Shown here: positions 9,538 to 22,148 of the stretch, piece after piece
How the letters are laid out: each line of letters begins with the position of its first letter
Position numbering within the stretch: the stretch's first letter is position 1
NCBI GenBank assembly: GCA_963921275.4
Contig: OZ001293.3
Location: 288,001-352,000 of the forward strand
Length of the DNA stretch: 64,000 nucleotides
Direction of reading: 5' to 3'
Source: an uncultured Hormoscilla sp.
GTDB taxonomy: Bacteria; Cyanobacteriota; Cyanobacteriia; Cyanobacteriales; Desertifilaceae
Position numbers and translations under genes: made by a program
The notes under the pieces: model-generated
Told to the model about the DNA's origin: nothing
Seen by the model: the letters and a program-made list of their open reading frames with translations, nothing else
Database searches by the model: none

Positions 9538-10104
9538 ATGGGTAGAACCTTGGCAGATAAACAAGCCATTGTGGCTGACCTTAAGCAAAACTTGAGGGAG
9601 TCTCAAATGGCGATCGTCATAGATTATCAGGGGTTGTCTGTGACCGAAATTACTGATTTACGGCGGCAACTGCGCCCGACGGGTACGGTTTGTAAGGTCG
9701 CTAAGAATACCCTGATGGGACGTGCAGTCAAAGGGGATCCTACCTGGGAACCGATGCAGGACTTCCTGTCAGAATCATCGGCATTCTTGTTGATCAAGGA
9801 TGACATGGGTGCTGCGATTAAGGCTTACCAAGCATTCCAAAAAGCTACCAAGAAGACGGAATTTCGCGGTGGCGTCATGCAAGGTAGGGCCTTGAATGAG
9901 GTGGAGGTGAAGGCGATCGCCGACTTGCCTTCTAAGGAGGAATTGATCGCCCAAATCGCTGGTGCCATTAACAGCATCTCTACTAAGCTTGCTGTTGGCA
10001 TTAATGAGGTGCCTGCTTCCCTGGGTCGCAGCATTAATGAGGTGCCTGCTTCCTTGGGTCGCTGCCTGGCCGCGATCGCTGCTAAGGAAGAAGGGGAAGG
10101 CTAG
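9538..10104 (+). CDS. rplJ: 50S ribosomal protein L10
   Basis: MGRTLADKQAIV...DYQGLSV..ITDLR...KVAKNTL...LPSKEEL; SD aaggagg upstream. Confidence 0.98.
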   Translation: MGRTLADKQAIVADLKQNLRESQMAIVIDYQGLSVTEITDLRRQLRPTGTVCKVAKNTLMGRAVKGDPTWEPMQDFLSESSAFLLIKDDMGAAIKAYQAFQKATKKTEFRGGVMQGRALNEVEVKAIADLPSKEELIAQIAGAINSISTKLAVGINEVPASLGRSINEVPASLGRCLAAIAAKEEGEG

Positions 10105-10217
10105 ACACCTCCACCCGAGGCGATGGTGGGCGGTGCCCACCCTACGGAACGAAGTCCGCCTGCGCGGGCCGAGCGACGCTCGTGATACCACAACATTCAT
10201 TTGAAAGGAGTTAATCA

Positions 10218-10622
10218 ATGTCTGCTGCAACTGAAGAAATTCTGGAAAAACTCAAGGGCTTAAGCTTGCTGGAAGCTTCTGAATTGGTCAAGCAAATTGA
10301 GGAAGCTTTTGGCGTCAGCGCCGCCGCACCTGCTGGTGGTGGCATGATGATGATGGCTCCTGGTGCTGCTAGTGCTGCTGCTGCTCCCGCTGAGGAAGTG
10401 GAAGAGCAAACCGAGTTTGATGTGGTGCTCGAAGAATTCACAGCTGATAAGAAGATTGCCGTCCTGAAGGTGGTACGGGCCCTCACCGGTCTGGGTCTGA
10501 AGGAAGCTAAGGATTTGGTAGAGGGAGCACCGAAGGCCATTAAGGAGGCGATCGCGAAGGATGCGGCTGAGGATGCTAAGAAGCAACTGGAATCGGCTGG
10601 TGCTAAGGTCAGCGTGAAGTAA
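10218..10622 (+). CDS. rplL: 50S ribosomal protein L7/L12
   Basis: [34 protein letters not shown]. Confidence 0.99.
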   Translation: MSAATEEILEKLKGLSLLEASELVKQIEEAFGVSAAAPAGGGMMMMAPGAASAAAAPAEEVEEQTEFDVVLEEFTADKKIAVLKVVRALTGLGLKEAKDLVEGAPKAIKEAIAKDAAEDAKKQLESAGAKVSVK

Positions 10623-11422
10623 CACGCCTTCTGCTGACTGGTGAACGCTTGCTATCAACTGACAACTCTCTAAGGCGGGACAAGTCCTACCTTAGGGACT
10701 CGCGGTTTCATAGTACCAATGATTTCGCTACTCCTTCGAGAAATTGATGGTATGGCCAGTACTCTATTGGGGCGCAAGTCTCCTACCACAGCTTCCAGAC
10801 CCCAGCCCCGGAGAATTTGACTCGGTAACAGGGGACTGTGGGCCATCGCCTGGCCCTGCAAATTATCCTTCCTCAATGTCTCCGGAGTAGTGCGAGTAGC
10901 GCTCTCCGGAGACATCGAATCCCCGAAAATGATAGCTTATGTCAGTGCCATTCAATCCTACAACCGGCGGGACCCAGGTCCGTCAAGACTTTCCCGTCAA
11001 AATGGCTTACCACCCCTCAAAATTATGCGATAATTCCGAAAAGTACAAAAAGTTGTACAATTAGGGGATAAGATGGATTGTTGATGAGAAAGCGTTTCAA
11101 CAAATGCCTATATATGACAACAATTAGCTAAATTAGCCAAACAGGTAGTATCTCATGACGCGGAGCCCGCAGAAATACTAACCATCCACATGCATTAATA
11201 TACAACAGAAAAAAACAGTTTTATTTGCAAGATGGAATCAGGTGGACTTCATAAAATTTGTCAGGATCTATTAGCAGATATCGAACAGAGGAATACAGGT
11301 CTGAGCAAACCTAGGCGATTGGGTTTGGCCAACTTGGTCGGTTGCATGTTGTCAGAGAGGACTGCTAATCTAATGGTATTGGCAGCAGCACTACCTCGGA
11401 CAATTAAGCTTTCGGAAAAACG

Positions 11423-12625
11423 GGCACTGGTTCCGGTAAATGTAGTGAGCAGAAGTATTGCTATATAGGGATTAAAGGCGATAATATATTTCAAAGATGA
11501 TATGTCAAAGTGCCAGACCCATGAAAGCGCTCTTAACCCAAAGATGTCCTTGTTGCGAGAGGGAAGAAGTTCATGCTCACCACCAGTATATAACTAAAAA
11601 TAACGGCTCACGAACCATTTACTATTGCCTGGAGTGCGACATCTATTTCAGTGAGACATTTGCAACCCCCCTAGCAGGACTTCCGACACCATTAAGTCGG
11701 GTCATAGAGATTCATCCAGCCAGAAGTGAAGGGATGAGCCTCAAGGGAACAGCGCGTACCTTCTTAGTCTCAAAGAAAAGTATAATTGACTGGGAAAGCC
11801 CCTTGGGGAACATCAAACCAACGAGGATGCTCTATAGCCTACTCCATCAATTTATTGAACTTGAGATTGAAGGAGATAAACTGTATACCAAAGTTGAAAA
11901 AACCAGCTCCCTAGTCTCAGTGAAGGGTGGACGATAGTGCTCATGGAGCGAGCCAGTCGATTATGCACGGAATTGCACTGTGGTCGTAAAGACCAGCAGA
12001 TGGAGAGAGAAAGCTCTCAATTGGTAGAGGTGATTGCCCAAAGGGACAATCTCACCTTGTTCACAGATGGAGAAAGACGTTATTCTTATGGACTCTTTGG
12101 CATCTGTCATGAGGTGATCCGTAACGGCAAACCCGGTCGTCCCTCCAAGGGCTTACCCAAAGAGATACGAGTGGGTTTGAAAAATAAAGGTTCGCTCCTT
12201 AATCGGGGTCGAAAACGCAAAAAGTTTGAAGCTCCCGTTGGTGAGCATCCTCAAACAGACTCATTGATTCCATCCGCTCAGATTCATGCCAATCACGTGG
12301 CGATGCGCGAGGGGTAGTGCGAGTAGAGCGCTCCCCGAGTGCATCGACGAGGCATTTAATGCTTCCCCTCCTCGACGCAACAGTGCTTTTCGGCGCCGAA
12401 CGAGTACCTATGCAAAATCTTGCAAACATCTACAGAGAACCCTGGATGTATTCTGGGTCATCCACAATAAGTTACGAGTGCATTTCACGACAAAAGCTGT
12501 GATGGCTGTGAAGTTAGGCATTTTTGAAGCCAGTCTATCTTGGTCTCAAGTCTTTAGGATTCGATCTGCTTTATAATCCCCTATATATAAGAGATACATC
12601 CCTCACAGGCAACGGAACCAGTACC
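11423..12625 (+). mobile_element. IS1-family element (degenerate transposase)
   Basis: TIRs ggcactggttcc / ggaaccagtacc; 8-bp TSD gaaaaacg; Zn-ribbon CPCC..YCLEC, IEGD.LYTKV, FTDGERRY, EAFNAS..RR.SAFRRRT.TYAK. Confidence 0.85.
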
Positions 12626-13102
12626 GAAAAACGCTATCAATATATCAGTAGGTTTCTCACCAGTGACGACGTGGATGTTGTGGAGGTAATGACTTCTTAT
12701 GAACGGGAGTTAAGTGAGAAGCTGACTGCTTGTGGAGAGCAGTTAATACTAATCTTAGGCCAAAGCAAGGTGGGAAATGCCTTTGAAATGTTGATGGTGA
12801 GTATCAGCATGGTCCGGAGCTCTTTGCCATTGCTTTGGCATGTTCAAAAAACCAAGAGTCCATAGGTTTCTCAGAACAAAAGCAATTACTCTCAAAAGTA
12901 TACCAGATGCTGTCTGAGAAGTTTTCCATCTTGTTGATGCCTGACAGGTTCTCTGGTACCCCTTCATTAGTAGAATGATGTCAAAATCATCAATGGAGCT
13001 ACCGAATTCGTCTGAAGGGCAACCTAATTTTCCAACGGAGGAGAAATTACGCTGTAAGATGCCGCAGCATTGGGCGTAAAAATATTGAACGGAGCTTGCT
13101 TT

Positions 13103-14916
13103 GGGTATCAACTTAAGCCGGGAAAAGAAAAAAAGGATTTTGGGTATAAAAAAGCACAGAAAAATCAAAAACTCTGTGGTAGACCACAGAGTGCTATATT
13201 GTATCCTTGTAGAGATTTGAACAAGGATACAATGAACTTTAATATAAGAGAACGTCGCCAAAAAGTCGCGCAATGCATGCAAGATAAAGGTAAGCAGACT
13301 CTTGAGTTGATAGGGCAAGCCACCTTGATGTCCAAAAGTAGCGTGGCTCGCCATCACAAGGCTATTGCCCAACGCAATCGATATCCAGAATCTCCTTTGT
13401 GGGAGACGTGGTAGGGAGTGGTTAAAGTTGTGCGCAGTTGTGTAATATTTCGGGATCAAGCAAGGGGTGGGAGCAGAGAGCCTAGTCGTGAATTTTTGAT
13501 CCTCAGTGCATTTAGAGGGCCATGTGGCGGTGTCAGCCAGTGCGCTACGGAGTGTCAAACAGCGCCTGAGCGAGCAGATTAAAGCCTATGGAGATGAACA
13601 AAAGTCCAAGTGTTGCCAGAAGGAAGGGAGTGAGATTGGGGGCAGATGAGACAAACTTTTCCCAGCCGATATTGCTTCTGATGGAGTTAGGGAGCGGGTA
13701 TTTGTTGGTGGAAACGGAAAAGGAAGAGCGCACCTAGGATAAGTTGGACAGAAGAACTCGACAAATGTGGAGTGCTCTGGGACTGGCAGATTCAGGGTTT
13801 GGTCAGGGATGGGGCACGAGCGCTGATGGGGGTTAGGGTCAGAGAAACTCCGATCTGTCCATGCACCCGATTTATTTCATGCCTTGAGGGCCTTAGCTCA
13901 ACCCTTGGGACAGAGTATTGGGGGTCAGCTGAGTTCTGTCCATCAGGAACTCCAAAAGTTGCAGCAGCGCCAAGACAAAACACCCAACCCCACTCAACAA
14001 CAAGCCTTTTTCGATATCTCTGCTCCTTGCTCTTGTCCGGTGGTGACATGGCTGCGCTCCCGCAAGGGATACGGCACACAGGAGACATCGAGGCCTCAAA
14101 GTATCACCAGCAACAGCGGTTCTCTACCCTCCAACAACCCCCGACTTACCACCAGGCTCTGTGTGCCATCACCAAGGCCCTGCATCCCTTTGATGACTCT
14201 ACGGGAGAGTGGCAGTTATGGCAGGCAATCGAACACCCTCTGATGGTTCCTTTGAGAGAGTTAGAACAACTCACCTGACCAATTGAACCTGGTTAAAGGT
14301 CTGGAGGCAGTGGAGACATTCCGCAGGTCAAATCTCTACTTTCCCACTTAGGCTTGCATATTTGGTGGCAAGGGGTTATCCAGGAGTTGAGCCAGCTTGG
14401 AAATGATGAAACTCTCCAGCAATGGCTACAACTTCGTCCTTTTGCCCTGGGTCTATTGGCAAGAACAAGCTGATAAAACTCGACATCCTTCCTTGCAATC
14501 TGACTATCGACAAGGGGCGAGGGCAGGCGATGGCACCTCTGACAGCACACCCATTTTCTGCCCACCTCGCTCCTCAAGAGTGGCAATTTTTGCTCTTGTG
14601 GTCTCAAGGCCAGTGTGACCGCAGGAGAGGGTACTTCCTCTGCCGTTGAAGGCAGAAACAGCTATCTCTCTGGTCTTCACCAAGCTAGAGGAGAGTTCTC
14701 TCCCCAATCTTTAGCCCCTCTGACTATTATTCACAATTTCGACTTACGACCCGCGGATGGTTCCACTGCTGCGGAACGTCTCTTTGAGCAATCTTTTCCC
14801 TTGGTGTTTGATTGGCTTATGGCGAGGATGGGTGATCTCCCTTGACCCGGCGGTCAAAAAAGCACATCACCCACAAGCCTTATCTACTCTAGCTTTCCTG
14901 GCTTAAGTTGATACCC
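13103..14916 (+). mobile_element. Insertion element carrying a degenerate DUF6399-like transposase
   Basis: TIRs gggtatcaacttaagcc / ggcttaagttgataccc; 8-bp TSD cttgcttt (13095-13102, 14917-14924); fragments GADETNF, SSAVEGRNSYLS, HNFDLRPADGSTAAERLF. Confidence 0.8.
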
Positions 14917-15587
14917 CTTGCTTTAACACCAAAGAAGTGAAAACCAATATTGGCATCCTTCAGGATCCTGGCTATGAAGAACCTTGGATCGTAGCGGCAG
15001 GATTGTCCCGCCTCTGAGCACAAAACACTAGATTATGGGATTCGCTGGGGAATTGAACCCATGTTTTCTGATTTCAAAAGCAGAGGTTTTGGGATCACTG
15101 AGACTCAAAAAGAGCATGCAGATCGTCTTGAGCGTTTGATTTTGGTTATGGCACTAGCCATGTATTGGTCCACATCTGCTGGTATGAGTGATGAAACGCC
15201 TTTACCCAAGTCACAAAAAAACGCTTCCGTTCTTGGTGTTCTCTGTTTACCACTGGACTTCGTCTGATTATTAGAGCGATTCTTCATGGACTACCGGTCC
15301 CTCCTCTATGGGATCGCTGGAAAACTGAGGGGTGGTAAGGTCAAAATGGAGTCAAATCTTCTCGATGGAGTCAAATCGGGGTAAAGATATAACTCCCCCC
15401 TTCGCCCTTAGCTGTGGCCCAGCAGCAGCAGCTAGCTACGAATCCTCGACGCCACCAAGCTTAATTCTGCGTTGCACTTCGGACGGGATGATAGACATAG
15501 TTGCAATAGTTTTAAACCTAGACTACAAGCGACTTTCAGTTATGTGCAAAAAGAGTATCATCCCCAAAATGTGCAACGCCCTTAATT

Positions 15588-16235
15588 CTATTGGCGCTTT
15601 AACATCTTGCGCTTTAATATCTCACCTGCACCAACAGCACCAAGGGCTAATAAACCAACAGCTTCAGCTGGTTCAGGCACTGAAACTGGTGTCGGACCAA
15701 AGGTAAAGTCATCTATGACAATCCATCCAACATTATTAATCTCAAATCGAGCGATCCCAGGACCAGATATGGATAAAGTCTGTGCTGCTTCCGCTGTAAA
15801 AGTGTCAGAAGCAACAAGGTTGTCAAATTCATTGAACCCTAGAAGAGTTACAGTATCTATCTCCTCCCATAAGGGGTTTTCAGCATCACCTGCAAAGACT
15901 GAAATAAAATCGACTGTTTCCGTCAAAAAACCGCTGATATCTCCTCCAAAAAATAAACTACCGGGATTTGCTGCTACGTTTGGTGGAGATTGAGGCAATG
16001 CGCCGTCCATCTCCCCGTAAATCCTTAAGGAGTTGTCAAAAACTACACCTAAATCCATGAAGGTATCGCCAGCAATAGTTTCATCGTAGCTAAATTCATC
16101 AAAATCAATGGTTACGAGGGCCTGGGCTGAGTTAGTTGGCATTAAAACAGCTAAAACCGTCGCCGCAGCTAAACTTTTTCCGGTCTACGACCGGAAAAAG
16201 TTTAGTGATTTTTTTGTGTGTGCTTGATAGCTCAT
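15588..16235 (-). pseudogene. PEP-CTERM surface protein with an in-frame stop in the signal-peptide region
   Basis: C-terminal VPEP + hydrophobic helix + KRK; ATG at 16235 is in frame but codon 17 is TAG. Confidence 0.75.
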
Positions 16236-16529
16236 ATTAGTCTCCCAAACTCAATGTTTTTTGACAGCTCTGCCGAGCGCCGGTGATTTTCCTGGCGCTC
16301 GCACTATCAGCTAGAGGGACGCTAATCCAGGGTAATCGCAGCTAAATCTGCCTCTTTTAATACCCAGATTTCAGAGTCATTCAGCATTATCAAAACATGA
16401 TGGGTGCCTGAAAACAGGATGAATTCTGCCAGAAAAACTAGCTATTGCTCTAGTTATATGTGAACTCATAGGTTTGATAATAATTTGGGACTTGATATTT
16501 TTTTATGTTGACAATAGTAATTCCACAGA

Positions 16530-17783
16530 TTTTATGCAGCCTCATGTCCCAAGAGAACTTTAAGCGCATAGTCATTATCTAGTGCAGCGTATGAGGGTTT
16601 CATTGCAATACTCTGTTTTGAAGGTTGCAAGCTTCGAGTAAATTGATACATAATCGCCGCCATTGTCCCATATTCTGAGGACCATTTCCGGTTCTAATCT
16701 GCGTCGAGTCTTCTTTAAACGTTACATCTAAGATCCAATGAAGACTATTTTCAACCCCCCAATGAGAGCGAATCGCTTTCGCCAAAACAGTGGCATCTGC
16801 TTGTAGACTCGTGATGTAGAAACATATTTCGGTGGTTCGCTTATTCCACAGTTGACCTTGCCGTTTTACCATTACCACCGTAGCCAAACCCTTCCATTTC
16901 GACTGTTAAATTCAGTATTTTGTCTATGGATACCGCCCATACAAACGCGATGTTCAATACGATGATGTCCCTGTAGTCTCACTATAACTATAGTCAACCC
17001 CTTGCCAAGGTTTGCACCTGTTGAAAAAATGCCGACACTTCTTTGTAGAGATTCTCTTGATTGCCCTTGAGGGCAAGAATATATTCCCCCTTTTGGTCAA
17101 TTATTTGGGCGGCAATTTTTCTTGGTGTTCCCATAGCATCTAGGGTGATGATCGCTCCAGTTATATCTATTAGCTGCAGCAACTCGGAAATAGCTATAAT
17201 TTCATTCGATTTCTTTGCGACAATTTGTTGAGCTAACACAGCTGTGTCCCCCGGGTAGTGCGAGTAGCGCCCTGGGTCTCCTGGGTAGTGCTTTTAGCGC
17301 TCCCAGGAGACCCAGCACCGGGGGACACAGCGGCCCAGGCACTAACGGTATGCAAGGCTTTCAATCCCTTCTCCCGGTCATAAGAACCCCGTGCAGTTTT
17401 ACCATCGATACTGATCACATTGATATCGAGTTTGGAACTCAAATGCTTGCTCCAAGCCAAAAAACACTCGTGCAATTGCTGCGGGTCTCCCATGGCCAAG
17501 ACCCTGGAAAAGGTATCGTGAGAAGGGATACCGTGAGGCAACTCGCGCAAAGGTCTCTAACCCTCCTGGGAAGCGTTTGCCATAGGTCTCTATCGCCACC
17601 ATGTTGTCAGCGCCACATAAAATTGCCAGTATCGCTCCGGGTCACTATATCAATCAGTAAATGCTCGGCGTTTAACTCTGGGGTCATCTAATGCTTCAAA
17701 CTCTTTTAGTACGCTCTTTTTTAAATTTTTTAGCTTGTTAAAAGGAAGGGGTTTACTAACATATCCAAATCCTTTTGACATAA
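16530..17783 (-). mobile_element. ISAs1-family transposase pseudogene
   Basis: Fragments GIPSHDTFSRV, ISIDGKTARGS, KSNEIIAI..ITLDAMG, YILALKGNQ, IRSHWGVENSLHWILDVTFKED; element ends approximate. Confidence 0.85.
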
Positions 17784-18279
17784 TTTTTGACTTTACTCAA
17801 GTGTCCCTACTCTGCTCGACATCAGTTGACAAGGGGTGTGGTCAAAAGTAGTTGATAGAGTAGAGGAGAAAAGCTGTCCCCTTGGGTCAATTATGATAAT
17901 CATTATCATTCTCTTTTACCAAGGAGAACTTTGGTTCACAATCCATGCATGTAAGCAGGTGGGCGTAAATCAACTGGCCTCTGTTAAGAAATGTCTTATC
18001 GCGCCCATCTACTTCTGGAAGAAGCTTGAGCGCCAACTTAACAAAACTTTACTGCCGTTGAGTTGACTTATGCACACCTACTTATCAATAGTATATAATG
18101 TGGTCTTGTGGGATTTTTTTGTAATATCTGTACAAGCATTCTGGGCAATTTATAACCTATAAGTTGCTAGGGCCGCACGTCGCGAATGCGCTCGTGCGGC
18201 TCCGGACGACTGCATGGCGACTACCCCTGGAGCTGCACTGGCCCTTACTGCGCTGGGATCTTCTGTACTCTTAAATAAT

Positions 18280-20620
18280 CACACTCCAGCAGCATATTTC
18301 AAGCCAAGTCGTAGTCTTGAAGCAGTCAAACTTCTTAACAGGAAGGTATGGTTATTACTACCCTGGTATTTTTGCTCGGAGGGTCTCAAGTTGCCAAAAA
18401 TCCGACCAGCAATTATTAGCTTGTAGAATGAGTAGCCCTAACATCGGATTAATATTATCAGGATGCCAAGTCACGCCGGGAATCTTTAACCTTTTTTGTG
18501 GTATATAGCGATGAGCACTTTCAATTTCTCCTGAACCGATGGGTAAACCTAAGGAGAGCAACCGGTGATAATTAATACAATCAGAAAAGCCTTGCAGATA
18601 CTTACACAAACGGGATAAACGCTCTTGATTTTTTGCGGTGAGCAATGCCTTCCTGCTTCCGAGACAGGTAGTGATAAACATGTAGTGATGGCACAACTAA
18701 CCCGACAAGAATTTGTTGTAATCATGCACAAAATACCAAATCGCGTGATTTTCTTCTTAGAGAATGATAATGTTTTCCGAACCAAGCGACTAATTCTTTG
18801 CCTCGTTGTTTAACCTTTCAATATGATTAGTTTTTCCAGTTTCTTTACCTACCGCAATAGTAACGCTTTTTCGGTATTGTTATATGCTTCCCAAAAAGTA
18901 AAAAACCGCGTCGATAAACAGGAGGTAAATATTTCCACAATTTTTTTGCTGAGACTGCGATCGCCCAACTCCTACAATTTGTTTTTGTATCAAGTGCCAA
19001 TGTTTGTTTTCTTTATTCCCAAGACCACATTTCATCACAGTCAATAGTCGATTTTCCTTTGGGCTTGTCTGAAACCTTTAGATCACCGCAGATTTTTTAT
19101 TAACGTTTGTGAAACCTTTACTCGACGCTATTCTTTCAAGTAATAGCTCATCTATATTCTTTTTCTTTTCGGACGATACCTGCTGTCGGGTTTTCAATTT
19201 ATTGCCGATTTTTTACATATTTTTGCTTTTTATTATGAGTACTACCATTTTTTACTGTTCGCTCACAATTACAATAAGGGCAATTGGGTCGCGACGATGA
19301 TGATGTGTTCATAAGTCTATACTCGCTTTTGACTAATAACATAAGAGCATTTTTCTGATGAGCTATACATGAGAATATTTTATCATTGCTATCAATTTGG
19401 CTAAGATAAAGAGCTGTTATATCATTCCTAAGAAAAGTAAGGATTAATAGAGGGATGGAATGTTCTATCACTACATATTTATCACTACCCCGAGACATTT
19501 TTGAAAATTTGTCAACAGTTGCTGTACTTTCCCTGCATCAATTTTCGATAGTTCTTCATTTACCAAATCTTGTTTTTCGCTTCCCTCCAGCCCCAGAGCT
19601 AGCGCGTCGCGCACTGCGTATCAGCGGTTTCATAAAGATGTTGTTTGAGATAACAACGCTCCAGGATAAATTGCAAGTTGTTAAATTGTAAGTTGTCAAA
19701 TTGCTCCTGGAGTTCTGAGGGTAGCCCATTACCACCATCTCCGACTGCATAGACGTGACGCGCGTAGTGACATCCCTTGATCTATTGCTGCACTTACCAA
19801 TTGATTTACAAGGATAGGATACTTGCTCATTTATGCTAGAAAATTGCGCTTTTCTTTGTTTTAAACTGGACTTTTCTTACCAACTCTGACTGCTCGCCAC
19901 TAGTTCGCTCTTTTTTCGGCAGTTGCCGTTTTTTTGTTAACTGCTGGGTTTGAGCTGATTGGAAAATGCCAGTACTCAGATGACTACCATCAAGTTCCAC
20001 CAAAATTTGATCAACTCCAGGTCTGACATCGAGGGGTTTATGATATTCTGCTCTTGAACGTTCTAGTCGTTGGGAAACATATTCCTCTGCCTGGGGAGCA
20101 ATTTTGACTACCGCTCTTCTGAGGAGATAAGGATCAATACTCCATCCATAGTGTTGTTCAAATTGTTTAGCTGCTTGTTGATAAGATTGACTGATTCCCA
20201 AAGATACCAATCGCGCATCGCGTAGCGTGGCGCAGCCATAGCTTTTTATAAGGCTGGAGAACGCCCAACATCAGTAATGCCTAATTGGTTTTGACTGGAC
20301 GAGTCCCCTGGAAAAGTCTTGCGGTTCCATAGATAGGGTGATTCTACCTCTATCGGACCAAAAAGCACTCCATATTTTACTCGTATTTGACGGTGAACCT
20401 GATATCCTTTTTCCAAGTCATCTGTTGTCAGTTGAGAACTTAAGTAGCTCAAAATCATCAACATTAGTTGCAAGCCAATTAAGCGTAATAGCTTGAAAAT
20501 TTATCCTCTGAACGGATCTGTACCTTATTCGTGCTCAGAAGATTCTTGGGAGCGAATGGCATTAAACAACGATTGACAAACTTCCGTATCGGACATCTGT
20601 ATAATCTTCATGCATGGCAG
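18280..20620 (-). mobile_element. ISKra4-family transposase remnant
   Basis: LFGPIEVESPYLW, ILVELDGSH, LPIGSGEIESAHRYIPQKRLKIPG..W; multiple frameshifts; ends approximate. Confidence 0.75.
18667..19489 (-). mobile_element. IS1-family element nested in the ISKra4 remnant
   Basis: TIRs ggtagtgataaacatgtagtga / tcactacatatttatcactacc; 8-bp TSD ccgagaca; CPYC..TVKNGS and RLVRKTLSFSK fragments. Confidence 0.85.
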
Positions 20621-20826
20621 TGTTGATAATTGATTTCATCAGGATTATCAATACTGTCATATTTCTTCCCAGAATGCAAGTACGGATATGAAGAAAACGT
20701 CGCACAATCCCGGAAATTATATACTATTCATACATGTATGTCAAGTGATACTTGGTTTTCCTTGCTAAAAGAGAATGATAATCATTATCATTCATTAAGG
20801 GCAAAATTTATCCTATGCTCTATCAA

Positions 20827-21969
20827 CTACTTTTGACCCCGGATGCCTTCTTTCTCCCAAAATGGCTCGGTGCAGTGAAACCCAACCTTTGTTGCGGGAC
20901 AGTAGACAATGTTGTGAATTGATGCCAGCTTCTGCTCGTCAAATCCACTCAGCTCAATTTTTTTGAGGATGGAAAAGGGAATAGTGCACAGGACATAGTC
21001 GCAACTACGAGTTTGTAATTGCCCGTTTTCTAACCAAGAGACTTCTACAGAATCTTCCTGTACGCCCAAGGCTACTACTTCTCGGTGGCATTGAATCGGA
21101 GCTTTAATCGCAGCCGCTAGACGCTCTATCAGCTGATATATGCCCCCTTCTAATTGCCATAAATCGTGGCTAGTCTCTGCCAATATATCGCCGAGAAACA
21201 TGTCGAGGGCTTTGCTACAACTATCGCGGAAATCGAGGTGAGATTTGAGAAAACCTTGAAGGTCAATGGTAGAACCATCCTCACTGAAGAATGGTTCTAG
21301 ATATAACCTCTCTAGCTCATCTAGCAAATGGGACTTCAAGTCTTGCTCGAAACTGGCACGGAGAGCGCCAGGAGCGATCGCATCAACGATGGTTTTCAGC
21401 CAGGCAGTAAAGAGACGAGTCTTTTCGCTATAGGCTGAGAAAATTCCTCGATCCTGTTGATCGAAGATCCTGGGAGCATCTTTCATCCGGCAAATTTGGC
21501 CTCAGATATTCATCAGAGCATTTTGCTCCTCGAATACCGTGATCAATTTGCGGAGTTTATGTCCCAGTCCCATCTCATAGATATAATGTAGGGTATGTTG
21601 GTGTTTCTTGGGGATGCGCATTGCGCCAAGTTCGACCTGGGGGGCACCAGGCCCGTCCCCAAATCGGTGTGTCCAGACCCGACCGCCGATGCGCGGGCTA
21701 CCTTCAATGATATCGACATGGTGACCTAGGCGTTCGAGTTCGTAGGCCGCCACCAGCCCCCAGGATAGTTACCTGCTTGCCTGGTTGTCGATTGGCATTT
21801 CTGCAGTTTTGTATTGTTGTTTTGATGTCCATTTTTCAACAAATCCGTTGTGTTCAACATGTGGTGATGCACAAATAACCCGATAAACATTATTAACCAG
21901 ATCAATAGCCAACTGTCTCCCATATAGCTTGGTGGTAGATGGAGGCATAGGTTCTCGGGAATAGCTCAA
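20827..21969 (-). pseudogene. Flavin-containing amine/amino-acid oxidase, frameshifted and 3'-truncated
   Basis: AAYELERLGH.V.IIEG.PRIGGRVWT, ELGAMRIP, DYVLCTIPFS, ATKV..HC.EPFWE in separate frames. Confidence 0.8.
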
Positions 21970-22148
21970 ATTGGGTAAATCTGAGTTGATTCAATTACTC
22001 TGTTGGGGTGAGAAATCCTTTGCTGTATGTCAGAGTAGCTATGTCACTTTCCCCTACCTAATCTTGACTACATCCAATTATCTCGGCATTCCGCATGTTA
22101 GTTCGGGTAAAACGCATCTAAATCAGCCTTTCCCAGTAAGCATTCTGT

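Larger units (their letters stand above)
11006..15339 (+). mobile_element. IS4-family element interrupted by two nested IS
   Basis: TIRs cttaccacccctca / tgaggggtggtaag; 10-bp TSD gtcaaaatgg (10996-11005, 15340-15349); transposase pieces 11232-11422, 12626-13102, 14917-15330 (RWGIEPMFSDFKSRGF). Confidence 0.88.

Noticed and set aside
9998..10063. 33-bp tandem duplication in rplJ (INEVPASLGR x2)
   Set aside because: Simple tandem repeat in the L10 C-terminal helix, where L12-binding segments are known to vary in number; no foreign insert
10670..10995. Gene interrupted by the IS4 element
   Set aside because: Joining the flanks gives only short stop-containing frames that I cannot identify
12755..13558. 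267-aa minus-strand ORF
   Set aside because: Spans the junction of two IS elements antisense to their transposases; no protein motif
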